Origin: Krischvirus LF73P4
Sequence record: OZ035795.1
Direction: 5' to 3' (one strand)
DNA: 64,000 nt
The notes beneath the pieces were generated by a model. That model had not been told where the DNA came from and did no database searches. It worked only from the letters and a program-made list of their open reading frames with translations. The translations under genes were made by a program, and so were the position numbers. Each line of letters opens with the position of its first letter. Position 1 is the stretch's first letter. Positions 43,094 through 52,806 of this stretch are shown here, piece by piece.

Positions 43094-43492
43094 ATGATTA
43101 AATTTCAAACTCGCAAAGATGTTCTGGACTTCGTTAAAGTTTTCGGTTACGCTGCATTGCAACATGCAATGGACAAAATGGCCATCTCCCCAGATCAGAC
43201 TATGCTGATCCGTATGGTTAAAGCAACCGCCTACAAAAACGACATTACCCTCTCAGAAATCAACGACGGTAATACTGTTCGCGAGGTAATTGTTTCTTTC
43301 GAATCACCGAAAATTGGCGGTTTTCATACCACGATGTTAGGTGAAATCACTGTCACTGTATACGGGCAAGGTGGCGGAGTGTTTACCGTCAAAGAAGCAA
43401 TGGAAAATGGAACGCTGAACAAAGAAAAACTGGAATTTGTCCTGAAAATCATCAAGGAGCGTAACGAAGCTCGCGATATTCTGGAAAGTTAA
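43094..43492 (+). CDS. hypothetical protein (132 aa)
   Basis: SD AAGGAGTATCAAG-ATG. Confidence 0.55.
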   Translation: MIKFQTRKDVLDFVKVFGYAALQHAMDKMAISPDQTMLIRMVKATAYKNDITLSEINDGNTVREVIVSFESPKIGGFHTTMLGEITVTVYGQGGGVFTVKEAMENGTLNKEKLEFVLKIIKERNEARDILES

Positions 43493-43498
43493 TAAGGT

Positions 43499-43523
43499 GG
43501 GCGGGAGAAATCCCGCCTTTGTT
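43499..43523 (+). terminator. terminator-like hairpin (GCGGGA-GAAA-TCCCGC)
   Basis: hairpin followed by CTTTGTTG; weak U-tract. Confidence 0.45.
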
Positions 43524-43542
43524 GTGACGTGAGGAAAGGATA

Positions 43543-44004
43543 ATGATTAATGAGCTAATAGAAAACTATGGATTCGTTAAATATTCATGTTTAGAGTGTA
43601 AAGATGGTGATGTGATTCTGCCGCCTCAGAAGAACCGTTTAAATGTTCTTTACGCTATTGTTGTTGATGATGAACTGGTATACATTGGTCAGACTGTCAA
43701 TCTCAGAAAGCGGATCAATTATTACCGGACTAGCATTAACAGACAAACACCAACAGCGGATACTCGCAAGAGTAAGAATATTCATAAGGCGCTAGAGGAA
43801 GGTAAGACAGTAACATTCTATTACCGCCAGTGTTTTGAGTTGTACATCGAGAATCCAACGGGTAAGGATATTATAAGCACTGCCGATATCGAAGAACCTG
43901 TTTTGATCACCAAATTTAAACCAGAATGGAACACAAATTATGTCAACAAAAGAAAACAACAAAAAAGTTTTAGCATTGTTCAAAAATCTGATGGCACTAT
44001 GTGA
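43543..44004 (+). CDS. GIY-YIG domain protein (Seg-like homing endonuclease candidate, short)
   Basis: VLYAIVVDDELVYIGQTVNLRKRINYY matches GIY-YIG motif. Confidence 0.6.
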   Translation: MINELIENYGFVKYSCLECKDGDVILPPQKNRLNVLYAIVVDDELVYIGQTVNLRKRINYYRTSINRQTPTADTRKSKNIHKALEEGKTVTFYYRQCFELYIENPTGKDIISTADIEEPVLITKFKPEWNTNYVNKRKQQKSFSIVQKSDGTM

Positions 44005-45109
44005 CGGATCTGATACGTTCTATTACAAAGATGAAATTACGGCGATGCAAACTCGTATGCGCATTTTTAGCTATCTGTACTTGAGCAAACCGGAAATGTG
44101 GAATAAACCAGATGCGTTAGAGTGTCGCGGGATCATGTTTGAAATTGACGATAAAGGTCGTCCGGTCCGCATTGCATCTCGTCCTATGGAGAAGTTTTTT
44201 AATTTAGGCGAGAATGATCGCGCTCGCTTTAAGCCGGAAGATGTGGAAATGGTCATGGACAAAATGGACGGTAGTCTAGTAAGCACATACATTGATAACG
44301 GCTATGTTCAGTTGAAGTCTAAAGCGGCCTTGTACTCAAGCCAGGCAGAGAGAGCAAACGGTCTTCTGTATTCAGAGAAGTATGCGGATCTACGCGCTAA
44401 GATTGCTGATATTGGGTCTGATTATACTTTCAACTTTGAATATACAGCGCCCAGCAACCGAATTGTTGTAGAATATTCTGAACCGTCGCTAACACTTCTG
44501 AATGTACGCCATAACGTCACAGGAGAGTACGTACCGCATCAAATGCTATTTGTTGACGCAATCCTACGTCCTCATCTGGTAAATGCGTTACAGGTTGATT
44601 CAGCGCGTTTTGGCAATATTCTTGACGAAGTTCGGACCGCAGAAGGTATCGAAGGAATTGTTGCACGCACTAAAGACGGTCAAATGTTCAAAGTGAAGAG
44701 TGAATGGTATATTGGTGTGCATAACATTAAAAACACATCGATGTTTCCTAATAACCTGATCTACTATGTCGTAGAAAGCGAAACCGATGATTTGCGTGCT
44801 GCATATGAAGGCGAACCGGAAGCACTGGAACGAATCGAGCTATTCGAGGAAGCATTCAGGTCTATTCTTCGCAATGCCTTCACGACAGCAACAGAATTTT
44901 ATAGCGCACACGCGGGAGAAGACAGAAAGACATATGCATCAAATGCGACTATCGAATCACGTAAACATGGTGATGCACAAGCATATATTTTCATGTGTCT
45001 GATGATTGCATTTGATGGTCTTGATTATGACCGTATTCTGGATTCAATGAAAACTTACTATCTACGGAATTATAAGAAACTTATTCCGGCTGATAAGATT
45101 GATTGGTAA
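43940..45109 (+). CDS. rnlA: RNA ligase 1 (T4 RnlA-like)
   Basis: PDALECRGIMFEIDDKGRPVRIASRPMEKFFNL and KMDGSLVSTY (KxDG) match T4 Rnl1. Confidence 0.9.
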   Translation: MSTKENNKKVLALFKNLMALCDGSDTFYYKDEITAMQTRMRIFSYLYLSKPEMWNKPDALECRGIMFEIDDKGRPVRIASRPMEKFFNLGENDRARFKPEDVEMVMDKMDGSLVSTYIDNGYVQLKSKAALYSSQAERANGLLYSEKYADLRAKIADIGSDYTFNFEYTAPSNRIVVEYSEPSLTLLNVRHNVTGEYVPHQMLFVDAILRPHLVNALQVDSARFGNILDEVRTAEGIEGIVARTKDGQMFKVKSEWYIGVHNIKNTSMFPNNLIYYVVESETDDLRAAYEGEPEALERIELFEEAFRSILRNAFTTATEFYSAHAGEDRKTYASNATIESRKHGDAQAYIFMCLMIAFDGLDYDRILDSMKTYYLRNYKKLIPADKIDW

Positions 45110-45114
45110 TAATA

Positions 45115-45139
45115 AGCGGGGCTAGTTCCCCGCCTTTTG
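45115..45139 (+). terminator. terminator-like hairpin (GCGGGG-CTAGTT-CCCCGC)
   Basis: hairpin followed by CTTTTGTCG. Confidence 0.5.
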
Positions 45140-45154
45140 TCGTTGGGGGGTAAT

Positions 45155-45478
45155 ATGTCAAAGCTGATATACATTGTTATCATATCTGTATTGCTGGGGG
45201 TAGGTGGCAATATGTGGTGGGAAAATAAAAAGGAGGTAGATCGACTGAATCAGGAATTTACAGAATATAAGAAAAAGACAGATGAGAAGATGAAGATTGT
45301 AGACTCGCTGCAAAAGGAGATGTACGGAATAAGAACTAAGTTTGCAGAAGAACAAAACAAAGCAATGAAAGACGCTACACGAGGCGATGTAGTAGCACAA
45401 AAACCCAAGTTGGTAGAGAAACAGCTTAATGACTCATTTAAGGAGTTTACCGAAGAATTAAGGGAGGCTACTAAATGA
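45155..45478 (+). CDS. i-spanin-like protein (N-terminal TM helix plus coiled coil)
   Basis: LIYIVIISVLLGVGGNMWW then charged helical region; located just upstream of pseT. Confidence 0.5.
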   Translation: MSKLIYIVIISVLLGVGGNMWWENKKEVDRLNQEFTEYKKKTDEKMKIVDSLQKEMYGIRTKFAEEQNKAMKDATRGDVVAQKPKLVEKQLNDSFKEFTEELREATK

Positions 45479-45927
45479 GCATAGAAATATTTCCTACACA
45501 AGAGCAGATAAGCAATTTTAATCTGGTTGATTATCTGTGGATAGGTGCAAGCATTATTATCCTGATGGTGTTTTCAATTTTCGTGATACACTGGATGTTT
45601 AAGAAAGCACATAAGAATTTTCAGACCGCCATAATCCATGTCTTCGCTGTGCCTATTGTATTTGCGCTTTCTTCGTGTACAATGGACCATTATTCACAGG
45701 AACCGAAATTACATCCTCCACTACCAGCACCAATAGAAAAAGTTGACATTGACCTGAAAGTTGATACAATAGACGGTAAACCTAGAGTTTCTATGTCGTG
45801 GGAGGACTCCCAAAAATTCAGAGTCTGGCTTGCGGATATTAAGAGATATACACTTGAAAGTAAGTTGATCATGTGTTATTATCGAAAAGAACTTAATGAG
45901 GAACGGTGCAAACCGAAGGAGAAATAA
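45475..45927 (+). CDS. o-spanin-like lipoprotein (possible internal start at 45595)
   Basis: lipobox-like VFALSSC preceded by MFKKAHK n-region; Cys and Pro-rich mature part. Confidence 0.45.
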   Translation: MSIEIFPTQEQISNFNLVDYLWIGASIIILMVFSIFVIHWMFKKAHKNFQTAIIHVFAVPIVFALSSCTMDHYSQEPKLHPPLPAPIEKVDIDLKVDTIDGKPRVSMSWEDSQKFRVWLADIKRYTLESKLIMCYYRKELNEERCKPKEK

Positions 45928-46805
45928 TGCCGAAATGTGAAGTGATTTTAACCGTTGGTTGTTCTGGGTCTGGTAAAACTACATGGGCGATGGAAACATG
46001 TAAACGGTTTAGTAATTATCGTAATGTGAATCGTGATGATCTTCGTCTTATGTTGTTTGGTGTTGACTCACATTTGAAATACAAGTATACTAAGGAAAAA
46101 GAAAAACTGGTGGAGTCTATTCAGAGAATGATTGCTCGTGAGACTCTATCACGCGGATTGAGTATCATTATCTCTGATACCAACCTGAAAGAAAAACATC
46201 GTGTATTCTACAAAGAACTTGCAAAAGAATTTAACGCGGTGTATACTGAACAAGTGTTCAATGAATCATTTGAGACACTAAAGAAACGTAATTTCTATCG
46301 CGGCGAGAAAGCAATTCCACTTTCTCATTTGCGCAACCAATTTTATCTGATGCAGGAATATATGGGTCAAGAAGTATACAAACCGAATACCATGCTGCCA
46401 AAGGCAGTGATCTTTGATATTGATGGAACATTAGCGGATAAGGGCGGTCGTCATCCGTTTGACTGGACAAAGGTCAAAGAAGATAAACCGCGTCCGCAAG
46501 TGATCGAAATGCTTAAACTGTATCGTGATAATGGCTATCGTATCATTACATGCTCAGGGCGTGAGGATGTTTGCGAAGAAGATACTCTGCAATGGCTGCG
46601 TGAACAAGGTATTGAACCTAGTGATCACTTTCAACGTGAAACTAATGATCGTCGTCCTGATCATGAAGTGAAGAAAGAGATTTTCTTCTCTGAAATTGCA
46701 CCGCGTTATCATGTTGTTTTGGCGGTAGATGACCGTGATCAAGTGGTTGACATGTACCGCTCAATTGGTGTAGAATGTTTTCAGGTTAACTACGGAGAAT
46801 TTTAA
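45927..46805 (+). CDS. pseT: polynucleotide 5'-kinase/3'-phosphatase
   Basis: Walker A GCSGSGKTT, HAD motif VIFDIDGTLAD and C-terminal IGVECFQV match T4 Pnk; start adjusted to ATG 45927. Confidence 0.9.
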   Translation: MPKCEVILTVGCSGSGKTTWAMETCKRFSNYRNVNRDDLRLMLFGVDSHLKYKYTKEKEKLVESIQRMIARETLSRGLSIIISDTNLKEKHRVFYKELAKEFNAVYTEQVFNESFETLKKRNFYRGEKAIPLSHLRNQFYLMQEYMGQEVYKPNTMLPKAVIFDIDGTLADKGGRHPFDWTKVKEDKPRPQVIEMLKLYRDNGYRIITCSGREDVCEEDTLQWLREQGIEPSDHFQRETNDRRPDHEVKKEIFFSEIAPRYHVVLAVDDRDQVVDMYRSIGVECFQVNYGEF

Positions 46806-47008
46806 TGTTTACCGATAAACTCAAGCAATTAGGCGAAGCACTTGCTAAACGTGGTTTTAGTGTTGATATTGAACCAGCGCCAGTTATGCCGTTTAGCGAT
46901 GAACGTCGCAGTGTATATGTCATCATGAGAAATAATCATGGTGTGAATACATTCAATGTAAAACAGTATAGCGACGGATCAGTAGAATACTTTCGCGTAT
47001 ACGGTTAA
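46805..47008 (+). CDS. hypothetical protein (67 aa)
   Basis: TAATG coupling to pseT stop. Confidence 0.5.
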   Translation: MFTDKLKQLGEALAKRGFSVDIEPAPVMPFSDERRSVYVIMRNNHGVNTFNVKQYSDGSVEYFRVYG

Positions 47009-47029
47009 TTACTATGTGAGGATTATATT

Positions 47030-47536
47030 ATGTTGTCACAAACTTACATGCAGATCGCCTATCTGATCGCAAAGAACTCTAAATGTGTTTCGTGGAAGGT
47101 AGGCGCACTGATCGAAAAAGACGGGCGAATCATTTCTACTGGATTTAACGGAACTCCAGCAGGGCAAGTAAATTGTAGCTGTCATGCACATAAAAACGGT
47201 TGGCTGGATGATGACGGCAAAATGATCCCAGAAAAACGACCAGAGCATAGTGCATGGTCACAGAAAAACGAGATCCATGCTGAATTAAATGCTATTTTGT
47301 TTGCTGCCCGTAGCGGTGTATCGATTGAAGGCGCTAGTATGTGGTGTACTGCTTCACCGTGTCCAGATTGCGCTAAAGCAATTGCAAACAGTGGTATTAA
47401 ACATCTATACTATTGCGACACATATGATCGAAATGGTGGGCGTGATTGGGCTGATATTCTGAATAATGCAGATATTACGATCACGCGTATTCCAAAAGCA
47501 TTATTGACTGATTTGAAGGGTATTGATAATGACTGA
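47030..47536 (+). CDS. cd: dCMP deaminase
   Basis: zinc-binding HAELNAI and PCPDCAKAI motifs of cytidine/dCMP deaminases. Confidence 0.85.
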   Translation: MLSQTYMQIAYLIAKNSKCVSWKVGALIEKDGRIISTGFNGTPAGQVNCSCHAHKNGWLDDDGKMIPEKRPEHSAWSQKNEIHAELNAILFAARSGVSIEGASMWCTASPCPDCAKAIANSGIKHLYYCDTYDRNGGRDWADILNNADITITRIPKALLTDLKGIDND

Positions 47537-47843
47537 ACAAGTTGATAATATCGCACTTCGTGAAGCACTAAAGAAAATGTTTTCGGTCGGTACTCACTCT
47601 TTGCAGTTTACTAAGAAAGATGGTACTGTCCGTGAGATGATCGCCACGCGAGATCCGGCACTGATGCCGTTTGAAACATACGAAAAGTGGTTAGTTCCGA
47701 ATGTTGAAAAACCGCGTAAAGAATCAGAAACATCTTTGCCAGTATATGAAATTACAGTTGAAGGTTTCCGTAGTTTTGGGCTTGATAGTCTGATTAATGT
47801 AGATGGGCTGACTCCAGCGCAGATCGTCGAAATTTATAAATAA
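47523..47843 (+). CDS. hypothetical protein (106 aa)
   Basis: ORF track; overlaps end of cd. Confidence 0.5.
   Translation: MIMTEQVDNIALREALKKMFSVGTHSLQFTKKDGTVREMIATRDPALMPFETYEKWLVPNVEKPRKESETSLPVYEITVEGFRSFGLDSLINVDGLTPAQIVEIYK
47835..47842 (+). promoter_or_regulatory. T4-type late promoter motif TATAAATA
   Basis: exact TATAAATA about 43 nt upstream of the gp31-like start. Confidence 0.4.
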
Positions 47844-47884
47844 TTCATCATTAAACTGTATTGATTTGAAGAGGTAATAAAATT

Positions 47885-48208
47885 ATGACCGTTAAAACTC
47901 CTAAAGCACTTGGTGATTATGTAATTATCGAAGCTAAAGCAGAAAGCGCAGGGACCGAAGTAAAAAGCTCTATGGGGATCATTATTGAGCAAAAGCGCAC
48001 TATGGGTGAGATTCCGCTGGTAGGTAAGATTATTGATATTGGCGAGACGGTAGATAAAGAATTGCTGGGTAAAACTGTTTTACTGCCACATGGAAAGATG
48101 AATAAAGTTCCTCATCCAGACGTTATTAACGGCGTTAAGAAGGAAGAAGAGATCGACCTGAAATGGACTGTAACGCACAAACAGAATATTGTGGTAGTTT
48201 ACGGTTAA
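47885..48208 (+). CDS. 31: co-chaperonin (GroES-like, T4 gp31-like)
   Basis: LGDYVIIEAKAESAGTEVKSSMGIIIE ... NKVPHPDVI resemble T4 gp31; position next to cd. Confidence 0.7.
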   Translation: MTVKTPKALGDYVIIEAKAESAGTEVKSSMGIIIEQKRTMGEIPLVGKIIDIGETVDKELLGKTVLLPHGKMNKVPHPDVINGVKKEEEIDLKWTVTHKQNIVVVYG

Positions 48209-48219
48209 TGATTTTAAAC

Positions 48220-48248
48220 GGCGGGAAATAATCCCGCCTATATTTTGG
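48220..48248 (+). terminator. terminator-like hairpin (GGCGGGA-AATAA-TCCCGCC)
   Basis: hairpin followed by T-rich TATATTTTGG. Confidence 0.5.
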
Positions 48249-48290
48249 CTATATGATTTTGTAAGTTATTGATTATTAAGGAATTTTATT

Positions 48291-48455
48291 ATGAAAACTA
48301 TGAATGTAAACATCCACGAAATCCATACCGAAGTATTCACCGAAGAAGACCAGTTTGGTGTATGGGTAAATCCTCATTCGATTACTATCGATATTCCTAA
48401 TGACGATTATGATCCGTTCTCTCTGATTAGCGAGATTAGTTTCAATGACTTCTGA
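48291..48455 (+). CDS. hypothetical protein (54 aa); not in ORF track
   Basis: ATG 48291 after AAGGAATTTTATT; acidic. Confidence 0.4.
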   Translation: MKTMNVNIHEIHTEVFTEEDQFGVWVNPHSITIDIPNDDYDPFSLISEISFNDF

Positions 48456-48924
48456 AATTGATATCTATGCGGGTGGACCTTATCCATCGGGTGAATTGAG
48501 CAATTTCAATAAAAGACCATTCCGTCTATTTGGTTGCGATATTAACAGCACAGAAGGATTTTTACAGGGGCTAAGATTTAAGAACCCTCAGAGACAAAGA
48601 GAAATCTTTTTGATGCACGGTGGCAAAGCAAAAAGAACCGGAAGAACTGAAAAGATTGAGAATCACATGTTATATTTTCAGGGTCGCCCGATTCATCGAA
48701 TGAGTGAGCATTATTACAGACTGGTACATCTGGCATTTGTTACGATGGCACGGAATAACCCAGAATTTTGTAAAGCATTACTCGCTACCGGAAATAAGAA
48801 ATTGCGTCATAGCATAGGTGGAACTGATCCGTTAAAGACTATATTGACTGAATCGGAATTTTGTAGTATCCTCAATGATATTCGTGAACGTTTAACAAAA
48901 CGAGGTGAAAATGTCAATTCTTAA
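48445..48924 (+). CDS. NADAR-domain protein (YbiA-like, ADP-ribose processing)
   Basis: GELSNFNKRPF, STEGFLQGLRF and LLATGNKKL segments match NADAR family hallmarks. Confidence 0.65.
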   Translation: MTSEIDIYAGGPYPSGELSNFNKRPFRLFGCDINSTEGFLQGLRFKNPQRQREIFLMHGGKAKRTGRTEKIENHMLYFQGRPIHRMSEHYYRLVHLAFVTMARNNPEFCKALLATGNKKLRHSIGGTDPLKTILTESEFCSILNDIRERLTKRGENVNS

Positions 48925-50407
48925 TATCATTAATCAGCTTGCAGCGACCGACAAAACATCGCTGAAAGAAAAGATCCTGAAAGAATCCGCAAGCAATGAA
49001 ACTCTGAAAGAATGCTTTTATCTGGCATATTGCAAACAGGTTACGTTTGGCGTAAAGAAATACGATAAACCATCTCGCTATTCGTCTGTATTGTCTTTAT
49101 CCGGTGCATTGCAGGTCTTTAAAAATAAACTTGCCACGCGTCAAGTAACTGGTAACGCAGCATTACAGCTAGTTACCGATACTCTGACTTGCTTGTCAGA
49201 AGATGATGCTAAAGTTGCAATGATGGTCCTGAATCGTGATCTGGAATGTGGTTGTTCCGCTACTACTGCAAACAAGGTATGGAAGAAACTGATCCCCCAG
49301 CAGCCGTGCCACCTTGCATCGTCATGTTCTGATAAGACTATTGCTAATATCAAGTATCCGGCGTATGCACAACTTAAAAGCGATGGCGCTCGTGGTATGG
49401 CTGATATTGACGGGGAAACATTAGCAATCTATACCCGCTCAGGTAATACCTATCAAGGACTTGATGATTTGTTTGCGGTTTTAGAGCGTCTACGAGGCCG
49501 TGGAATTGTTCTAGATGGCGAATTGGTATATATGCCTACCCTTTCGCAAACACCAGCGCAGAACTTCGTTGAAAGCGTTTATGATGGTACTCTGTCATGG
49601 ATATTTGAAGAAGAGGAAATGCCATTAACGCCAGTAGCGGAAGCAGTGAAAGAATCCGTTGTTGCAGATCGTCAGACCGGAAATGGTATCCTCAACAAAT
49701 CACTTAAAGGAACTATTCCAAAAGAAGAAGCCCAATGTATTGTTTATACTGTCTGGGATGTTATCGACCGTGATGTGTATTACGGAAATGAGAAAGCAAC
49801 GAAGCAATATAAAGATCGATTCGAAGAACTAAAACAGATTGTTGAAGAACTTAACGATCCTCGTGTTCAGATAATCGAAAACACTGTAGTTAACAATATA
49901 GATGAAGCTCGCGAAGTATATCATCGCTATGTAAACATGGGCTTAGAAGGTATTATCCTTAAAAATTTACATGGTGTATTTGAAGATCGCCGTAGTAAAG
50001 ATCAGGTTAAATTTAAAGAAGTGATTGACTTCGACGCGGAAATTGTTGATGTATATCCGCATAGTAAAGACCCCAATAAGGTAGGCGGTTTTACTGTCCG
50101 TAGTGCGTGCGGACGAATGATGACTAACACCGGATCGGGATTGACCGACACCACAACCGAAAAAGGCGATGATGGTATTGAACGTGTGATTCCGTTTGAC
50201 CGTCGAAATGAACTTGACCGAGAAATGTTATGGGCTGACCGTCATAACCTGATTGGAAAAGTTATTGAGATGACATGCAACGGGTATATCCGCAGCAAAT
50301 CACGTAAAGAAGATGAACCGGAGTTCTCTTTATTTCTCCCAATCATCAAACGTATTCGCTACGACAAGACCACTGCAAATACAGTAAAAGAGGTATTCGA
50401 TGTGTGA
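48911..50407 (+). CDS. 30: ATP-dependent DNA ligase (T4 gp30-like)
   Basis: N-terminus and KYPAYAQLKSDGAR (KxDG), EGIILKN, C-terminal IRYDKT match T4 DNA ligase; start adjusted to ATG 48911. Confidence 0.9.
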   Translation: MSILNIINQLAATDKTSLKEKILKESASNETLKECFYLAYCKQVTFGVKKYDKPSRYSSVLSLSGALQVFKNKLATRQVTGNAALQLVTDTLTCLSEDDAKVAMMVLNRDLECGCSATTANKVWKKLIPQQPCHLASSCSDKTIANIKYPAYAQLKSDGARGMADIDGETLAIYTRSGNTYQGLDDLFAVLERLRGRGIVLDGELVYMPTLSQTPAQNFVESVYDGTLSWIFEEEEMPLTPVAEAVKESVVADRQTGNGILNKSLKGTIPKEEAQCIVYTVWDVIDRDVYYGNEKATKQYKDRFEELKQIVEELNDPRVQIIENTVVNNIDEAREVYHRYVNMGLEGIILKNLHGVFEDRRSKDQVKFKEVIDFDAEIVDVYPHSKDPNKVGGFTVRSACGRMMTNTGSGLTDTTTEKGDDGIERVIPFDRRNELDREMLWADRHNLIGKVIEMTCNGYIRSKSRKEDEPEFSLFLPIIKRIRYDKTTANTVKEVFDV

Positions 50408-50873
50408 TAATGAAGGGGCGAAAGCCCCTAAACCTAAAAAATTGTCAAAGAAAGAGCAACGCCAGATCCTGAAAATGAAATATGGTGGACGTTGTGCCTA
50501 TTGTGGCGAGGAACTAGGGGATCGCTGGCACGCAGACCACATCAAACCAGTATTGCGACGCTCAAAGGTAGTCTATGATGAAAATGGACGAATTGCCCGT
50601 AATGATGATGGATCGTGGAAGTATAAGGTTGTAGGAATGCATAAACCGGAACATGATATACTTGATAACATGAATCCGGCGTGTGTGCAATGCAATCTTT
50701 ATAAAAGCTGTATGGGCTTAGAATACTGGCGTAAGTGTATACGCGAGAACTTCCAGAAGTACATTCAGCGCAATATGGGATTGCGAGCGGCTAAACGCTT
50801 TGGCTTGCTGTCAATTCATGACCAGCCAGTAGAATTTTATTTCGAAAAGTACGAGCGCGAAAATAAGGAGTAA
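50400..50873 (+). CDS. HNH endonuclease
   Basis: CAYCGEELGDRWHADHIKP ... NMNPACVQCN HNH motif. Confidence 0.7.
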   Translation: MCDNEGAKAPKPKKLSKKEQRQILKMKYGGRCAYCGEELGDRWHADHIKPVLRRSKVVYDENGRIARNDDGSWKYKVVGMHKPEHDILDNMNPACVQCNLYKSCMGLEYWRKCIRENFQKYIQRNMGLRAAKRFGLLSIHDQPVEFYFEKYERENKE

Positions 50874-50880
50874 CCATTAT

Positions 50881-51225
50881 ATGTTCTTTCTGTTTATCTA
50901 TATCCTTTTTGTTTTCCTGGTAGGCATGTACGCAAGCCGTTTAAACCGTAGCGTTATCGGTTATGTTATCCTATCATTGATCATTAGCCCGTTGATCACC
51001 TTTATCATTTTGTTGGTGTTGGGTCCAACGAAATCATATGAACAGGAACAAGCAGACAAGCTAAAAGCCGAGATGGTAGAGAAACAATTTGTTCAACTGT
51101 ATCTAGAAAACCCAGATTTTGAGGAAGTTTCCACCCTTAAGCGAATGTATGACGATCTAACACGATACCCTAACTATCGAAATGTGCTGGCTATGGAAGA
51201 AGCCATTAAGCTCATGAAAAAATAA
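50881..51225 (+). CDS. hypothetical membrane protein (114 aa)
   Basis: two N-terminal hydrophobic helices; SD AAGGAGT. Confidence 0.5.
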   Translation: MFFLFIYILFVFLVGMYASRLNRSVIGYVILSLIISPLITFIILLVLGPTKSYEQEQADKLKAEMVEKQFVQLYLENPDFEEVSTLKRMYDDLTRYPNYRNVLAMEEAIKLMKK

Positions 51226-51238
51226 TTCAAAAAAGTTG

Positions 51239-51267
51239 TTGACAGGGGATCACGTATCCCCTATACT
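51239..51267 (+). promoter_or_regulatory. sigma70-type early promoter (PeSL-like)
   Basis: TTGACA (51239-51244), palindromic spacer GGGGATCACGTATCCCC, TATACT (51262-51267). Confidence 0.7.
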
Positions 51268-51309
51268 ACACACATCAAAACGAAACACACTTTCTTAAGG
51301 AGAATCAAA

Positions 51310-51588
51310 ATGAGCAACCTGTCTTTCGCTAAAGTAGAAATTTCTAAAACTCGCGGTGGCTTTAAAATCAAAACTTCCAATATCACTTCCTGCCGTGGTT
51401 GCGTCCGGTTTGCGTTCGACTTGGCAGCGAAGCTGGGTATTAAAACCTTTACCGTTGAGAGCGGATCTAACTGGACCACTCTGATTGTTACTGCCGCTTG
51501 GATTAATGGCGAGTATGTGGAAAAAGCATACTTTGACATTTTCTATGACTATGAAGAAAAATGCTTTTATGCACTGCAAGACATGTAA
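51310..51588 (+). CDS. hypothetical protein (92 aa)
   Basis: SD1 context. Confidence 0.55.
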   Translation: MSNLSFAKVEISKTRGGFKIKTSNITSCRGCVRFAFDLAAKLGIKTFTVESGSNWTTLIVTAAWINGEYVEKAYFDIFYDYEEKCFYALQDM

Positions 51589-51598
51589 GGAGGATAAC

Positions 51599-51907
51599 GT
51601 GACAACACAAGATATTGTTAATGTGCTTTATATCTGGACTACTGGTGCAATGATCTCGTATCTAGTATTCTGCTTGTACGCCAGATTCGACAAGGACACC
51701 AAAGAGGTCGATACAGGAGCATTTTGTATTGCTGCAATCGTATGGCCTATAACGTGGACCGTGGTTGATATTGTTATGTGTTATAAAGGATTGAAATGTT
51801 TTGGTTTGATGATTGCTGGTAAACCGGAAGCGAAGCCGCGCAAGCATAAAGGATTTACTCCAAAACAAGAAGACGACGGTCGATATAAACCGGAAGAAGA
51901 TTTTTAA
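51599..51907 (+). CDS. hypothetical membrane protein (GTG start after AAGGAGGA)
   Basis: strong SD 5 nt upstream of GTG; hydrophobic helices; ORF track 51485..51907. Confidence 0.4.
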   Translation: MTTQDIVNVLYIWTTGAMISYLVFCLYARFDKDTKEVDTGAFCIAAIVWPITWTVVDIVMCYKGLKCFGLMIAGKPEAKPRKHKGFTPKQEDDGRYKPEEDF

Positions 51908-51912
51908 AACAG

Positions 51913-51941
51913 TTGACATGAAAATGCGGTTATCCTATAAT
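51913..51941 (+). promoter_or_regulatory. sigma70-type early promoter (PeSL-like)
   Basis: TTGACA (51913-51918), 17-nt spacer, TATAAT (51936-51941); GCGGTTAT/ATAACCGC palindrome around -10. Confidence 0.65.
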
Positions 51942-51975
51942 AACCGCATCAAATGAACGATGTGAGGATTATATT

Positions 51976-52284
51976 ATGTTTATCTCTTCTGCTACTCCAG
52001 TTAAAGTTTACGGCGAAACTGTGTATCTTCCGGCTGGCTATCGCTATGTTATCGTTGACCGTCACGGTGTAGTGTATGCTTTTAAAGGCCGTCCGGTTGA
52101 GATTGATTCTGAATATGGCACATGGGGATATAAAGCCGCATACATGGATATTCCTGATTTGGGAGTACGTTTAGGAAGATTTGATAATGATGTTAAACCA
52201 TGCTTGATTAAGTATGCATCCTATGGTAAAACTGTTAAACCAAATAGCGTCGGCTGGATTGATGACGGCGTTAACGTGAAATAA
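51976..52284 (+). CDS. hypothetical protein (102 aa)
   Basis: exact SD2 context. Confidence 0.5.
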   Translation: MFISSATPVKVYGETVYLPAGYRYVIVDRHGVVYAFKGRPVEIDSEYGTWGYKAAYMDIPDLGVRLGRFDNDVKPCLIKYASYGKTVKPNSVGWIDDGVNVK

Positions 52285-52298
52285 TGTGAGGTGAATTT

Positions 52299-52592
52299 AT
52301 GCTGTCTACTCGTAAAATGGTTGTTGGTGTCGCTGAAAATGCTTTAGAAATCGCTGATGAGGCTTTGACCGTCGCTTATGTTCGACGTGAAGAATTGCTA
52401 TTGAAACACGCGGATCTATTGGTTGAACGGAAAGAGACTATGAAAGCTGGTAAAAGCACGCTCGCGATTGCCATTAAACTATCTGATAGTGAAGATGAGA
52501 TCGTGGAGATCCACACTAAGATCAAGGAAGTAGAAAAATACTCTGAAATGCTGCGACATAATCTTGATGAATTAGGGGTAAATCATGGCTAA
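52299..52592 (+). CDS. hypothetical protein (97 aa)
   Basis: SD2-like GTGAGGTGAATTT-ATG. Confidence 0.5.
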   Translation: MLSTRKMVVGVAENALEIADEALTVAYVRREELLLKHADLLVERKETMKAGKSTLAIAIKLSDSEDEIVEIHTKIKEVEKYSEMLRHNLDELGVNHG

Positions 52593-52806
52593 GTTACGAT
52601 CTGGACGAGTTTTAACGCTGGCTGAACTGAAAGAAAAAGGTTTAGACCCTGATTCTGTAGGTATTAGACCTATTAATTACATTCTGTTTCTAGAGGGTAA
52701 ACTCTTTACTAATGCTCATCCAGCATTAAATGCACCACATTTTTATAAGTGTAATGACTTTAACGGTTATATCGTTCCAGAATATTTCTTAGAATTTGAT
52801 GATTAG
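52585..52806 (+). CDS. hypothetical protein (73 aa)
   Basis: ORF track; coupled to upstream gene. Confidence 0.45.
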   Translation: MAKLRSGRVLTLAELKEKGLDPDSVGIRPINYILFLEGKLFTNAHPALNAPHFYKCNDFNGYIVPEYFLEFDD

